Source: the human T2T-CHM13v2.0 reference genome, Homo sapiens
Direction: 5' to 3' (one strand)
DNA: 64,000 nucleotides
Assembly: GCF_009914755.1 (NCBI RefSeq)
Contig: NC_060928.1
Each line of letters opens with the position of its first letter. Within the stretch, counting starts at the first letter, position 1. Shown piece by piece: positions 42,609-54,090 of the stretch. The notes below the pieces were generated by a model. The model had not been told where the DNA came from, did not search any database, and worked only from the letters and a program-made list of their open reading frames with translations. Position numbers and translations under genes: made by a program.

Positions 42609-44384
42609 ACTATTGCAGAGAAAGAGGAATGACCAAATATTTCATTTTTCTTAAGTACTTGTTACTCTTCCGTAGAAAAATGGAGGAAGAAAATCATGAA
42701 AATATCGCGGGTATTGGGTATTTTTTCCTTTAAAACCTCAAAATAGTCTCTTCTAAATTGCTAAGTGACAATTTTAGAACAAACTTTCATGATCTCCTAC
42801 AATAAGTATAGAATTGTTATAGATTATATTAAGAATTGTTTTTATAGCCCCTGTTTCTTTTCACTATTTCAACCATCTAATGCTATCATTTACCTAGTTT
42901 GAGAAAGGGTTAATTACTGGCCAGAAGAATATACAACATCAACTGAAAGCAGCTGAGAGGGGGAAGTTTATAGGCATTAGGTGCAGACAGATGTAGTCTA
43001 ATACAATATGTTGGTAATAACCTGCTACCAATGGAACATAAATTTGGTGCAAAGCTTTCTAACATCCAAAATGTAAAAGGGAAATTAGTTGTGAAAATTC
43101 CTGTTTCATAAGACTCTAAGAGACCAATTGCTCAGAAGAAATACTCTAGATGCTAAGTTTTTTCAGGATTTCTTTCAAGATCCTCATAGACATGGCACTA
43201 TCAATGTGACAAGTGAGGTGATCAACAAAGCCACTTCTTATAAAGTCTCTGACACTTACACACAATTAAGTTTAAAAGCATCTACTATGGGCATGGTGGC
43301 TGTGAAGGGAAGCATCCTTGAAGATTTGAATGGCCTAAGAACACGGCTCTCTTCTTTTCTACTCAAATCCTCAAGTGGGTGTTCAAATACCTGGAGGAAT
43401 GGAGACTTCGTAAATGTCAAAACCATTCTCCCCAATTACACATATTTGATAGACACTGAGTCAGGATGAATTTGAAATGATGCTTTCTGACGTACTTGTA
43501 GTACAGCTTGTCATGTTGGCAGTTAAACCCGAATGCAGGTGCCTGAACAAGCATAAAGCATGAAAAGCAAGGAGGAAGACGGTAGAATTAAACCTTCAAA
43601 GAAAACTCAGAAGTTTAGCAAGAACCTTGCCATCCCACCTTATCTCAAAAATAGCTATAAGACATTCATTCAGAAGTGGTCACAATTCTCTTATAAAATC
43701 ATTTTGTATTTAGTTAAATTGTAGACAAAATAGTGTATCTGAATCCATTTTGGGGGCAAGAATTATCATGTCTGCTTCACTGTTTGGGTCATTAGCGTCA
43801 CAACAACAAAGTAACTCATTGTCACATAAAAATCACTTGTTTTTACTTTTTATATATATAGCCAAATTAGGATGGATAGGTGAAAATGTTTATGTATCCA
43901 GACCATTTAAAAGTGATATATTTTTATGAATCAGGCTGTAAAATAATGGTGGATGCAATATATCCATCTTTACTCAATTTTAAATTCTCAATGTTATATC
44001 AAGAGATCCTGAAACTGATTCTGACTTTCTCTGTAATATTATGAGTTTGTTTTTCAATGAGCATTGATAAATTATTGAGCTCTTACAACTCAACCCATAT
44101 CCAATTTTTGACAATGGAGTTACAGGCCACAGAAAAAAAAATAAAATTATATTTTTTTTCAAAAATAAGAATACCACAAATATTCTTTTAAAATAAGGAC
44201 TGTATGTTAAATATTGACATTGTGATGTTAATTCCTCTTTATGCTTCTGGGATTAAAGGGCTAATTTAGAGTGATTGCAAATTTTGATAAGGTTTTTGAT
44301 TGTAAGCTATCTACATTTGGAAGAAAACTTGGGACATGAAAAAAATAACTTTCTAAAATTTTCAACAATAGTTATTTTTGCCTA

Positions 44385-44525
44385 TAGTGGTGCTTCTCAA
44401 ACTTTGGTATATAAAATAAAATGTCTTAAAATGTTGACTTACGATATGCGGAAATACCTAGACTTCAACATTTTGATTTGGGTGATCCTAATAGAGATTA
44501 TCTGCCTATTTTGAAAAACACTGGC
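44385..44525. mobile_element. MER5-like hAT element (degenerate)
   Basis: Termini agtggtgcttctcaaacttt / ttttgaaaaacactg. Confidence 0.5.
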
Positions 44526-44677
44526 CTAGAGAAAAAATGAACTTTGTTTTATAGAATGAGATCATTGATATAATCAATTTCTTCAGTTTTTAAAGGAGAG
44601 ATTTTAATAACTTGTTTAATTTCTTGTGCATATTTAAGAATATTTTTCTACCTTTTAATCAACTTTTCAATCTACTA

Positions 44678-45511
44678 CAGTGCTGGTCCCCAGAATGGTA
44701 TGCAAGAACCCCTGTGGGTTAATAAACCTATCTCCAAGAAAAAAAAAAAAAAAAAAACACTTTTATTTCTATTCATTTTGCCCTTCAGTATAATGCATAT
44801 GGCATAGTAATGCATTGGTATAGTAGGAATGCATTTAATTTATATATAAATAAATATTTATGAACATTTTGAGGATACTTGTTCAAAATTATTTTTATTG
44901 ATATGTTAAAAAGTGTTGGCTGCTTCCAAATTTTGGCTACTGTGAACAGTAACAGATGAATGGATACAGAAAATCTCCTTTCAAACAACAAAGTACTATT
45001 CAACCATAAAAATGGAATAAGATCCTGTCATTTGCAACAACATGGATGAAACTGGAGGTCATTATGCTGAGTGAAATAAGCTAGGCACAGAAAAACAAAC
45101 GTCTCAGTTCTCACTTACTTGTGGGGCCTAAAAATCTAAACAATTGAATTCATGGAGATAGAGAGTAGAAGGAAGGTTACCAGAAGCTGGGAAGGGTATC
45201 AGGGCATTGGGGGGAGGTGGGGATAATTAATGGGTACAAAAAAATAGAAAAATAAATAAGACCTACTGTGTGATAGCACAACAGGGTCAATAATAATTTA
45301 ATTATACATTTTAAAATAGCTAAAAGAGTATAGTTGGATTGCTTGTAACACAGGGATAAATGAGAGGACAGATACCCTATTTTACATGATGTGATTTTTA
45401 TGCATTGCATCCCTGAATCAAAATATCTCATACATCCCATAAATATATATACCTACTGTGTACCCACAAAAATTAAAATATAAAATTAAAAAGCAATGTT
45501 AGATACCACTG
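44678..45511 (+). mobile_element. MER112-like hAT-Charlie element, split near its 3' end by an L1MA insertion
   Basis: cagtg...ggtatgcaagaaccc...taatttatatataaataaat...gttcaaaattatttttattgat...aaaaagt; terminal agataccactg resumes after the L1. Confidence 0.6.
44915..45492 (+). mobile_element. L1MA2/3-type 3' end with a short inverted 5' piece (44915-44951)
   Basis: gatcctgtcatttgcaacaacatggatgaaactggagg...catcccataaatatatatacctactgtgtacccacaaaaattaaaa. The first 37 bp are the reverse complement of actgttcacagtagccaaaatttggaagcagcc. Confidence 0.88.
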
Positions 45512-46819
45512 CATTAGAAAGAAGATTTTGCTTTTCATTACCCATAGGAGGAGAAATAGTAAACACATTTTATATAAATATATTAACTACAAGCTAGGGA
45601 CTGTGTGTAGACTATGGGGAACATTTTATTGTTTAGTAAGGTAATGATATTGTTTTTTTCAGAATCAGTTCTGCTTTTTCAAGAGTTCCCTGAAATTTCA
45701 AAAAGTCATGGCATTAACCTAAATTCAAGTTTTGTTTTTGCTTATGTTTAAGCTGAGGTAGAAGGAAATGGAGATGCGAAGTACCTGAATTTCCAGTCCA
45801 TGCTTTTAATCACTGTTTTTTTAAAAGGCAAGAGCAGCTGCTTGTTTCCCTTTAATGTTTCATTAACTTATTTTTACTCGTGCTATCGCCAGGCAGGGAA
45901 TAGGTAACTTGGACTCAAGACAGTGGTAGGTGGAGGTGGGGCATCTTTTAATATCTGTTCCTATGATTCTTCCTGTATTACTCAATATCTGATCTTTATT
46001 TTCCCTTAAAATATTAAACTGGCACTATTTTTAATGAATTAAAACAAGAAGAAAAAATTAAATACAGCAGATTGCTTAGCAGAGGTGCTATGTATGAACA
46101 ACTAAAAGCAAAGTCCTTCAGAGTTGATAAGAAGATTCCTGAATTCAAATGTTCTTACCAACCTCACCCTGTTCTCAGGGATTCTCCAGCTATCACAAAT
46201 AGCCAGTTTGTTCTGTGGCCTCTCTGGTCTGTAGGCTAAGAACAAAACCACCAAGCTGTCAAATAATCAAAAGGAAGCCTGGAAAGATTGTCCAATGCCG
46301 TAAGGGGTCAATGAACCAGCTGTACTTGACTTTGATTTTATTTCTTCACAGTTCACTATTATCCCCCCACTTACACCAGGTAGGATGCAAAAAGGTTAAT
46401 AAGTCAAATTAGAAGTTAAGATAAATATGCTATATGATAAATTCATTCCTTTTTAATAATAATCTTGTTAACAGTCAAAATGTGCAAAGAGTTACAGTAA
46501 TTTTCATGAATAAAATTATACTGAAAAGTTGTTTTTATTGGGCAGTGACAAAGTCTTAACAATAGTTACCTTCCTGATTTTTCTTTAACACAGAAAACAC
46601 TTCATTAAAGACACTAAGTAAACTAATGTAAATCCTGTGTGCTTTTCTAAATACAAGTTCATTTTAAAATCCACCTCATTGGTTGTTAATTGAAATCTAT
46701 CACTTTTATTATAAATGCCATTAAAAGTCAGTGGACAGTGTAATATTACTACATATTTTATTATAGTCTAATAGTATAATGATTATAGAAGCAATGAGCT
46801 GAAGTTGCTTATTAAACAG

Positions 46820-46912
46820 AAAAGAAGAAGGAGGAGAAGGAGAGGGGGAGAGGGAAGGGAAGGAAGAGGGTAGGAGAGAAAAAAAGAAGGGTAAAAAGAA
46901 AGAAGGAAAAAA
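46820..46912. repeat. GA-rich low complexity
   Basis: Purine tract aaagaagaaggaggagaaggagagggggagagggaaggg... Confidence 0.8.
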
Positions 46913-47540
46913 TGCAAACCCCAACCACTTAAAATCGTAATATTCTCATTTGTTACACAGTTTTAAAATCAGTTTGAAAAGAAGAATTTTCAGAAGTCCT
47001 GAGATCTTTTATTTTGCAAACACAGCCTAGGAAGAAGAAATGGCACAACCTGTTGGTCTCATACCACCATTTCATTTGTGAGTAATGGACTATCGATATT
47101 TATCCTTATGTTCTTTAAGATGACAGTTTTTTGAAAGTTCTAGCAAGGGGCTGAAGCCACTCTCATGGTCTGGTGAAAGAAAAACTATCCTTTCTCAAGG
47201 AAGGTCACCATTTCAATGGAATAGCTTGAATATTAAGAAATATGAACATTAACTTTTGTTCTAAACCTGAGTATCATGCCATTCCCTTATGTAAGTGCCC
47301 CCACATGTGATCCATAAAAACCTGCCGAAAGTAGCACCACATTCTCTTCTAGCCTCTTTCTCTCCTGTCACCCTTATCTCTATCTCCTTTTATTATACAT
47401 TCTTTCTATAGTCTTTTCCATATATGCTTCCAGCTTAGTAGCTCACTAGCTTCCTCTCAGCATGAAATAATATTCTTCTTCAATTAAAGTAAAAATTTTA
47501 AGTACTCTGTCTAGTTCAGATGTCACATTGTCCTGGTAGG

Positions 47541-47543
<3 letters not shown>

Positions 47544-47597
<54 letters not shown>

Positions 47598-47617
47598 TGT
47601 GTATGTGTGTGTGTGTG
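47544..47617. repeat. (TG)n microsatellite
   Basis: About 25 perfect TG units plus an interrupted continuation. Confidence 0.95.
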
Positions 47618-47702
47618 GCAGTGGAAATGCACTCACTTTCTGTGTTTTTATGCTTTTTTTTTTTCTGACAGCTCTAAGCATCTTTCTATTTTTTTCTAAG
47701 TT

Positions 47703-47829
47703 ATATTTTTTATTCTTTTTAGAGACAGGGTCTTACCATGTTGCCCAGCCTGGATTTGAACTCTTGGGCTTAAGCAACTCTCCCACCCTCCCACCTCAGC
47801 CTTTCCAAGTGCATGCCACAGTGCCTGGC
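47703..47829 (-). mobile_element. FLAM (Alu monomer)
   Basis: agagacagggtcttaccatgttgcccagcctggatttgaactcttgggct...gccacagtgcctggc. Confidence 0.85.
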
Positions 47830-48006
47830 TTCAGCAAATCTTACGTAAATTTTCTGTTGTATTTTTTTTTCTCCCTCAGACCATGAGAACCGTACCCTTA
47901 ATTTTTTTTATTTCTCTGGAACACTATAAATCTTTAATAAATATTTAATGAATGAATCAAATAACCTATTGCTGTGAGGTGAACATGGAATTCTGAAAGG
48001 TATATA

Positions 48007-48341
48007 TAGTTGTCCCTTGGTATCTGTGGGGAGTTGTTTCCAGGACTCCTTGCAAATACCAAACTTAATGGATGCTCAAGTCCCTCACATAAAATCATTT
48101 GGTATTTGCATATAACCTATGCATATCCTCCCATATATTTAAATCATCTCTAGATTACTTATAATACCTAATAAAATGAAAGTTCTACGTAAATAGTTGT
48201 TATATTCGTATTGTTCCAAGAATAATGGCAAGAACAAAAGTGTGTACATATTCAGCACATATGCTTTTGTTTTACTGAACATTTTTGATCTGAGATTGTT
48301 TGAATCTATGAATGTGGTACTCATATACAGAAGGCCAACTG
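48007..48341 (+). mobile_element. MER2 (TcMar-Tigger) DNA transposon
   Basis: agttgtcccttggtatctgtgggg...ggatgctcaagtccct...aaatcatctctagattacttataataccta...gaaggccaactg, TA-flanked. Confidence 0.9.
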
Positions 48342-48528
48342 TATACCTCTGCAATTACAGAAATGTGTTCAACCTTGGAAGCTGATGGAGTCTAGTTATT
48401 GCTGCTAAAATTCCTATCCCTCAAAAAGACATATATCTCCAAGTTATATTAGTATTTTGATAGTAGTTGGCCTTAGAGAGACAGCATAATGTACTGATCA
48501 AACAATAGGGACTTTGGAACTCGACTTT

Positions 48529-48640
48529 CATGCACCTACAGAGGCTGAGGTGGGAGGGCTGGAGGATTGCTTGAACCCAAGAGTTCAAGTCCAGGCTAGG
48601 CAACATAGTGAGACCCTGTCTCTAAAAAAATAAAATATAT
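48529..48640 (+). mobile_element. FLAM copy (part of the inverted duplication)
   Basis: gaggctgaggtgggagggctggaggattgcttgaacccaagagttcaag...gagaccctgtctct. Confidence 0.85.
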
Positions 48641-48759
48641 AACTTAGAAAAAAATAGAGAGATGCTTAGTGCTGTTAAAAATAAAAGCATAAAAACACAG
48701 AAAGGGAGTGCAGGGGTGCATTTCCACTACCAAACACACACATAATGAAGTTCACACGG

Positions 48760-48941
48760 TAGCTCTGCTACTCACAAGCTCTCTGATACTGAATTAATTA
48801 GTTAACTTCTCTGAATAGTTTCCTCATCCAAAAAATAAAAACAATACTAGTCTCAACTTTACATGGTTGATGGGAGGCTCAAGTGAGTTAATGCATAGAA
48901 AGCATTTGGAAGATTAAATAAGGTAAACACAATAAATGTCA
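48760..48941 (+). mobile_element. MIR
   Basis: ttaacttctctgaatagtttcctcatcc...ggttgatgggaggctcaagtgagttaatgcatagaaagcattt. Confidence 0.8.
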
Positions 48942-49199
48942 TTTATAAATAATCAGAACAAAAAGAGATTTATTACATTAAAAATAATCATGTCAATACT
49001 TGAGTGGATACTGAAGATGGCTTGGATATCACAGGAATTTTGCAGATTTTGCTCTCATAGTCCAGTTTTAGATATATGTTTCTTAGAAAATGATTACAAG
49101 GTATCTTTTCCTAATGTTAGACAGATCTTACTATAACCATTTTGAAAAGGTAAAATAAAATTTTTCTTTAAGTCAAACTTGTGCCAACTTTATTAAAAA

Positions 49200-49998
49200 T
49201 GTTAAAATATGCCCCTGGCTGACAAAATGGGCTCCTCATGGCTAACTGGGAAGCTCAAAGTTAAAACAGAATTGGGCTGCGATGCTGGGTGAAGGAGCAA
49301 TCATGTACTGTGTTCTCAGAAAGATGTTGTAAAAGTGTGTCAGGACTTCCCTTTCTAGAATCAAACCACAGGAAGAGGAATATCACACTCTGGGGACTGT
49401 TGTGGGGTGGGGGGAGGGGGGAGGGATAGCATTGGGAGATATACCTAATGCTAGATGACCAGTTAGTGGGTGCAGTGCACCAGCATGGCACATGTATACA
49501 TATGTAACTAACCTGCACAATGTGCACATGTACCCTAAAACTTAAACTATAATAAAAAAATAAAAATAAATAAAAAAAAAATAAAATAAAAAATAAAAAT
49601 AGAATCAAACCGAACAAGTTCCTGTTGTCATTGCCAAGATAAACTGCAGCTGGAAACCTGTCCCACCCCTCCCCTGACCATTTGAAAGAAACATCTGACA
49701 GAGACTTCTGGCTTGGGCTTGGAAACTCCCCGGTCAGAGATCAACTATTTTGACCAATCAGAAATGAACAAGTTTGAAGTCTTCATTTGCATAAATGGAC
49801 CTGATTGAGAACATAGGGGAGCACTTTCTCTATTTAAGCCAGACTCTCACTTTGTTCCTTGGAAAGCACAATTTCACTTTTACCAAAGGCTGTGCCTCCC
49901 CAATCTGCAGATTGTTTTTTGTTTCTTGTTTTGGTATTTTTTTTAGAAAATAAAACTCTCCATTTTTCCTCCACAGATGTCGTGGTCTTTTGTTAACA
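49200..49998 (+). mobile_element. Solo ERV1 LTR (MER67-like), interrupted by L1PA2
   Basis: Termini TGTTAA...TTAACA; CCAAT 49754, octamer 49785, TATA-like tatttaa 49831, AATAAA near 49949; gacaaaatgggctcc...gctcaaagttaaaacagaa recalls MER67. Confidence 0.75.
49368..49599 (+). mobile_element. 5'-truncated L1PA2-like 3' UTR with TSD
   Basis: aatatcacactctggggactgttgtggggtgggggg...attgggagatatacctaatgctagatgaccagttagtggg...acctgcacaatgtgcac (no Ta ACA diagnostic); TSD tagaatcaaacc at 49356-49367 / 49600-49611. Confidence 0.92.
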
Positions 49999-50299
49999 AA
50001 TACTTCAGGTATATGCTGTTTCCATAAAAATTGTAAAGTTATCTGTGTATGCCAAAACAAACAATGATCAATACAGAATTGATCTCATTTGCATATTAAA
50101 TATTTAAAATCTTAGCTAAAGATTACTTCCAATGCTCATGAAGATATTTATCCAACAACATACAGTGGTTAAAATTCAAATCAATTTCTATGCCATCGGT
50201 CTCTTCCCTGAATTTCCCACAGCAATAAAAATGTGGCTGGGCTTACTGAGCTAATGTGGAGTTGATTGTTGGTGATATGAAGGTGGGGAATGAAAGTAG

Positions 50300-50915
50300 G
50301 GAAGGGAGACAGATGAAAAACACATAAATAACTTTAGAGAGTGGTAAATGCTATGAAAAAATAAGACAAGTTAGTGATAGAGAGTGACTGGAAAAAGGTG
50401 GACAACCCTTCTCTGAGGAGATAACTTTTGACCTGAGGCATGAAAGGCAGAAGAAATCAGGTTTCCAAATTCCTGGAAGCAACTTATTTCAAGAAATTAA
50501 TGGTAGCACAAAAGCCCTGAGGGACAAACAATCCTGGCATGTATGAAAACCTATATGGAAAGAAGGATGGTGTGGTTATAGTGTAGTAAGTGAGTAAGTG
50601 AAGGTCAGAGTGGAACTTGGTAAATGCAGAGAGGGCGGCAGAGGGCCAGGTCATGGTCCAGAGTTTGAAGTTAATTTTAAGATTAAATGAGAAAGCATTG
50701 GAGGACATTAAGAATGGCTGTGGCATGCTCTATTTTACGTTTAACAATAATATTTTAACTGCTCTAGGGATAATGGATTCTATGTGGCCAGAGAGATAGC
50801 AATTTTTCTGGGAGAGAGAAAACAGATGCCTTGTCTTGCAGGGTTGCTGCAGAGATGGAGAGAAAATAATTGGGATATAATTTGGAAGGAGAGTTGACAG
50901 TACTTACTGATGAAT
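50300..50915 (-). mobile_element. L2 fragment
   Basis: gggagacaga...gtggtaaatgctatgaaaaaa...ctctgaggagataacttttgacctgag...gggccaggtcatg...ggatataatttggaaggagagttgacag. Confidence 0.8.
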
Positions 50916-52819
50916 TTATTCATTCAACAGATATATAATAGAACCTACTATAGGTACACACTGGTGAAAGGAATATCTCTTGGTATTATTGGGAAGTTGC
51001 CTACCCTCTAGAAAGTCATTTATAAAACCATAATAATTTAGCCAATGACTCTGCACACCACAAGTTACTATCATCACTGATGGGCTTCTTTTTCAAAATT
51101 TAAAACAGTAAATATTCAACAGTCATTATAAATAATTATGTATAAATATATATTGACATATATGTATTTTTAAGATGCATTCAGCAGAAGATTGGGTAAA
51201 AGCTGCATCAAATTTGGGGCAGTGTGATATATTTAATTTCTTTTTTATTTTTCTCAATAACTCATAATTCCCAAATTCTGTGTATATAAACATAACATCT
51301 CAGGCCATGTAGGAAGCTCTGTCTATATAGATTTGATTTCTTGAGCAAGTTAAGTGAATTGCAGAATGGACTTCTAAAAATAAATTGCAGGAGGATGGCA
51401 ATTTTCAAGTCACATCTTTTATTCACTTTTGATTTGAATGTGTACCTGTGTGTGAAAGAGAGTTTAAGTGGATATAATAACAGCTTCAAAAAGGAGTAAG
51501 ATTCTGTTACTTACACTTTATACTTTGAATGGCATTATTGAATATCTTAAATTGTGTTAGAAGTGGCAACTATAAATCAAGGAAACACTTCATGCTTGGA
51601 ATCTTATCTTTTACATTGTTTAAGGTGGTAATTTCCATACAGTGCTAGAGGAGGCTAGCAGTCATCATGAACTTTCTGTTTACAAGAACATGACCTTTTC
51701 TTTACTTCTAAATCTCTTGGCTGTTTCTCTGGTTTTAGTTAATGTTCTCACAGAGAGGTAATTGAACACTGACTGTTCTGTTAGGTGTGAAGTTCAATGG
51801 AGACAGATCTGTAGGATCAATAACTGCAGACATGAAGAGTATCCTATCCACTAGTGATAGGTGATGAAACCCAATCTAAAGGTTTCTATTTGATTTGTGG
51901 GGTTGAATTTCTTATTTATATTAAATTCATCTCAGCCCTCTAAATTATCTGTAAAAATGTAACAACTAGTAAGGGCTTTAAGTTTTCATATCATTAATAT
52001 ATGTTTACCAAACACAGAGGTTGCCATAATTCTATGTATTCCTTATTCGAGCTAAACTTCTGCCACAGTCAGTGTTGAAGATAAACAAAGAACTTAGTGT
52101 TTCCAAAAATGTGTCTATTAATACAAAAATTAAAACACCTTAAAACCATCAACACTAGCAACTGAAACAAAAACGTTTGCCAAAAACATCTGAGGTATTT
52201 TAGTAGAGAACAAAATCAAAGAAAAAAAATTGTTTAGAGCAACCAAGCAAGTATTGCGTTCGATGACTCCATTTGTTTCACTGGAATAAAAAATAATGAT
52301 GGAAGTGTTATCACTTAAAAATAGCTCAGAAAGCATAATAAACTGATACCACAAGAATAGTTTCAGAAGCAAAACATGTAATGAACTAAAAGCCTTTGTA
52401 ATAGAGGATGTCTTTATCACATGATTTATGTGTTCAAGCAGCAAGAAACAACCAAGCAAAATTCAAGCTGTAAATAAACCCAGCACTCATGGGCTTCTAA
52501 TACACCTCAAATATCATTTGATGATAAAAATGACATTTTAAATAACAATTGCAACCAAATTATTTATATTTTTTGTCCAAAAAATAAAATCACTTGCTTT
52601 TTATCACATCTTATACTGTTTGTGTAAAACAGTAAGAGAACCAACATTTATTTCTCCCGTTTTATAGACATATTCAGAAGCACAAGGAACTTAGATGACT
52701 TATTCTTCGCTATTTAGTAAACTAGAAAAAATAAAATAAGACAAGATTTTCTGAGTTTGGGTTATTAGATGATGCACTACCATTCCAGCTGCCTGTTTGA
52801 TTTCATGAAAAAAGTGAGA

Positions 52820-52975
52820 ATAAACTTCCTATTTTCTTTTTCCCCCTTCATTTCCCCTTTTCCCTGCTCCCCTTGACTCACTCCCCTGCTGTCCCTTTTT
52901 ATCATTTTCTTCCTTTTCTCTCCTCCTCTTTTCTTGACTCCTCTCCCCTGTTCTCTCATTTCCCTTTTTTTTCTG
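52820..52975. repeat. CT-rich low complexity
   Basis: Pyrimidine-rich tract. Confidence 0.7.
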
Positions 52976-53002
52976 ACACAACATTAACAATTCATGTGAA
53001 AG

Positions 53003-53764
53003 TGTTACAGTCGGTAGTTAGTCAGACCCAGGCAGGGCAGGAGACCCCACCACCCCCCACCGCCTTCCAGTCACCAGGAATGTCCGGCCACCATCGGGTG
53101 ATGGTCAGGCGGTTGTTAACTGTCTCTCTAAAATAATAATCGGTTGCAGCAGTGCCAGGGAAAGGCAGTCTCCTGACATATCAAAACCCTTGAAACTGGT
53201 GATCAGCAGCTTCCTGATAAGATCTCAGGAGTGAAGCGAGCAGGCTCAAGCATGCACAGTAAGAGGCAAGATGGCAGGGTTTAATTGGTATATGATCTTC
53301 CTCTAGAAACACTTGACTGGTAAGGCAAGAACACCTCAAGTGAGCATGCATATAGCTTCAGTAAACACACCATGCATGCTCACCTTCCAAATGTCGGCCG
53401 GCCACTGTGCATGTGGACAGCCTCCCCCAGTGGAAAAATCGGGCGAGAAGTAACACAACCGCAGAAGCATGTCAATGTATAAGATCCCAAGTCAAAGGTC
53501 AAACTGTGCACTGATCTCTAACACTGCCTGCTTGGCCCTCTTCCAAGTGTAATTTACTTCCTTTTGTTCCTGCTCTAAAGCTTTTTAACAAACGTTCCCT
53601 CCTGCTCTGAAGCTTGCCTCAGTCCCACACTCTGCCTTATGCCCCTTGGTCAAATTCTTTCTTCTGAGGAGACAAGAATTGAGGTTTCAGGAGACCTGTG
53701 TAGATTTACCACTGCAAACACACTTCGGTACCATGTGACCCAGATCCATTCCGTAGTGGTAACA
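53003..53764 (+). mobile_element. MER50 solo LTR (ERV1)
   Basis: TGTTA...TAACA termini; perfect 4-bp TSD AAAG (52999-53002 / 53765-53768); internal ggtgatggtcaggcggttgttaactgtctctctaaaataataat and gatcagcagcttcctgataagatctcagga. Confidence 0.92.
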
Positions 53765-53804
53765 AAAGGGCATGTGGTAGACACATGCGGTTATGGCATA
53801 ATTT

Positions 53805-54090
53805 TCATTTGTTAATTTATTCAACCTATTGAGCCCATGCTCTATGCCTAGGGATACATATAGTAGAGGTGAAGAAGATAGTCACTAAACAGGTACCACC
53901 ATGAGCTGTATTATGCATATGACTCTATTTGTGTAAACAGCTGTGACATCTGACCCAAACCCATGATCAGGCTCAGGGGATGAGAAAGAGAAAGCAGAGA
54001 TGAAATCTGATAGACAAATAGGTTAAAGTGAGAGTAGTAGAGATATTAATAGAAAAGTACTGTAGGCATAAGAAGCTATACATACCAAAG
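53805..54090 (-). mobile_element. L2 3' fragment
   Basis: tttattcaacctattgagcccatgctctatgcctagggatac... Confidence 0.5.

Noticed and set aside
43128-43469. 113-aa ORF in non-repeat DNA
   Set aside because: Non-ATG start, no recognisable domain or splice context; length expected by chance.
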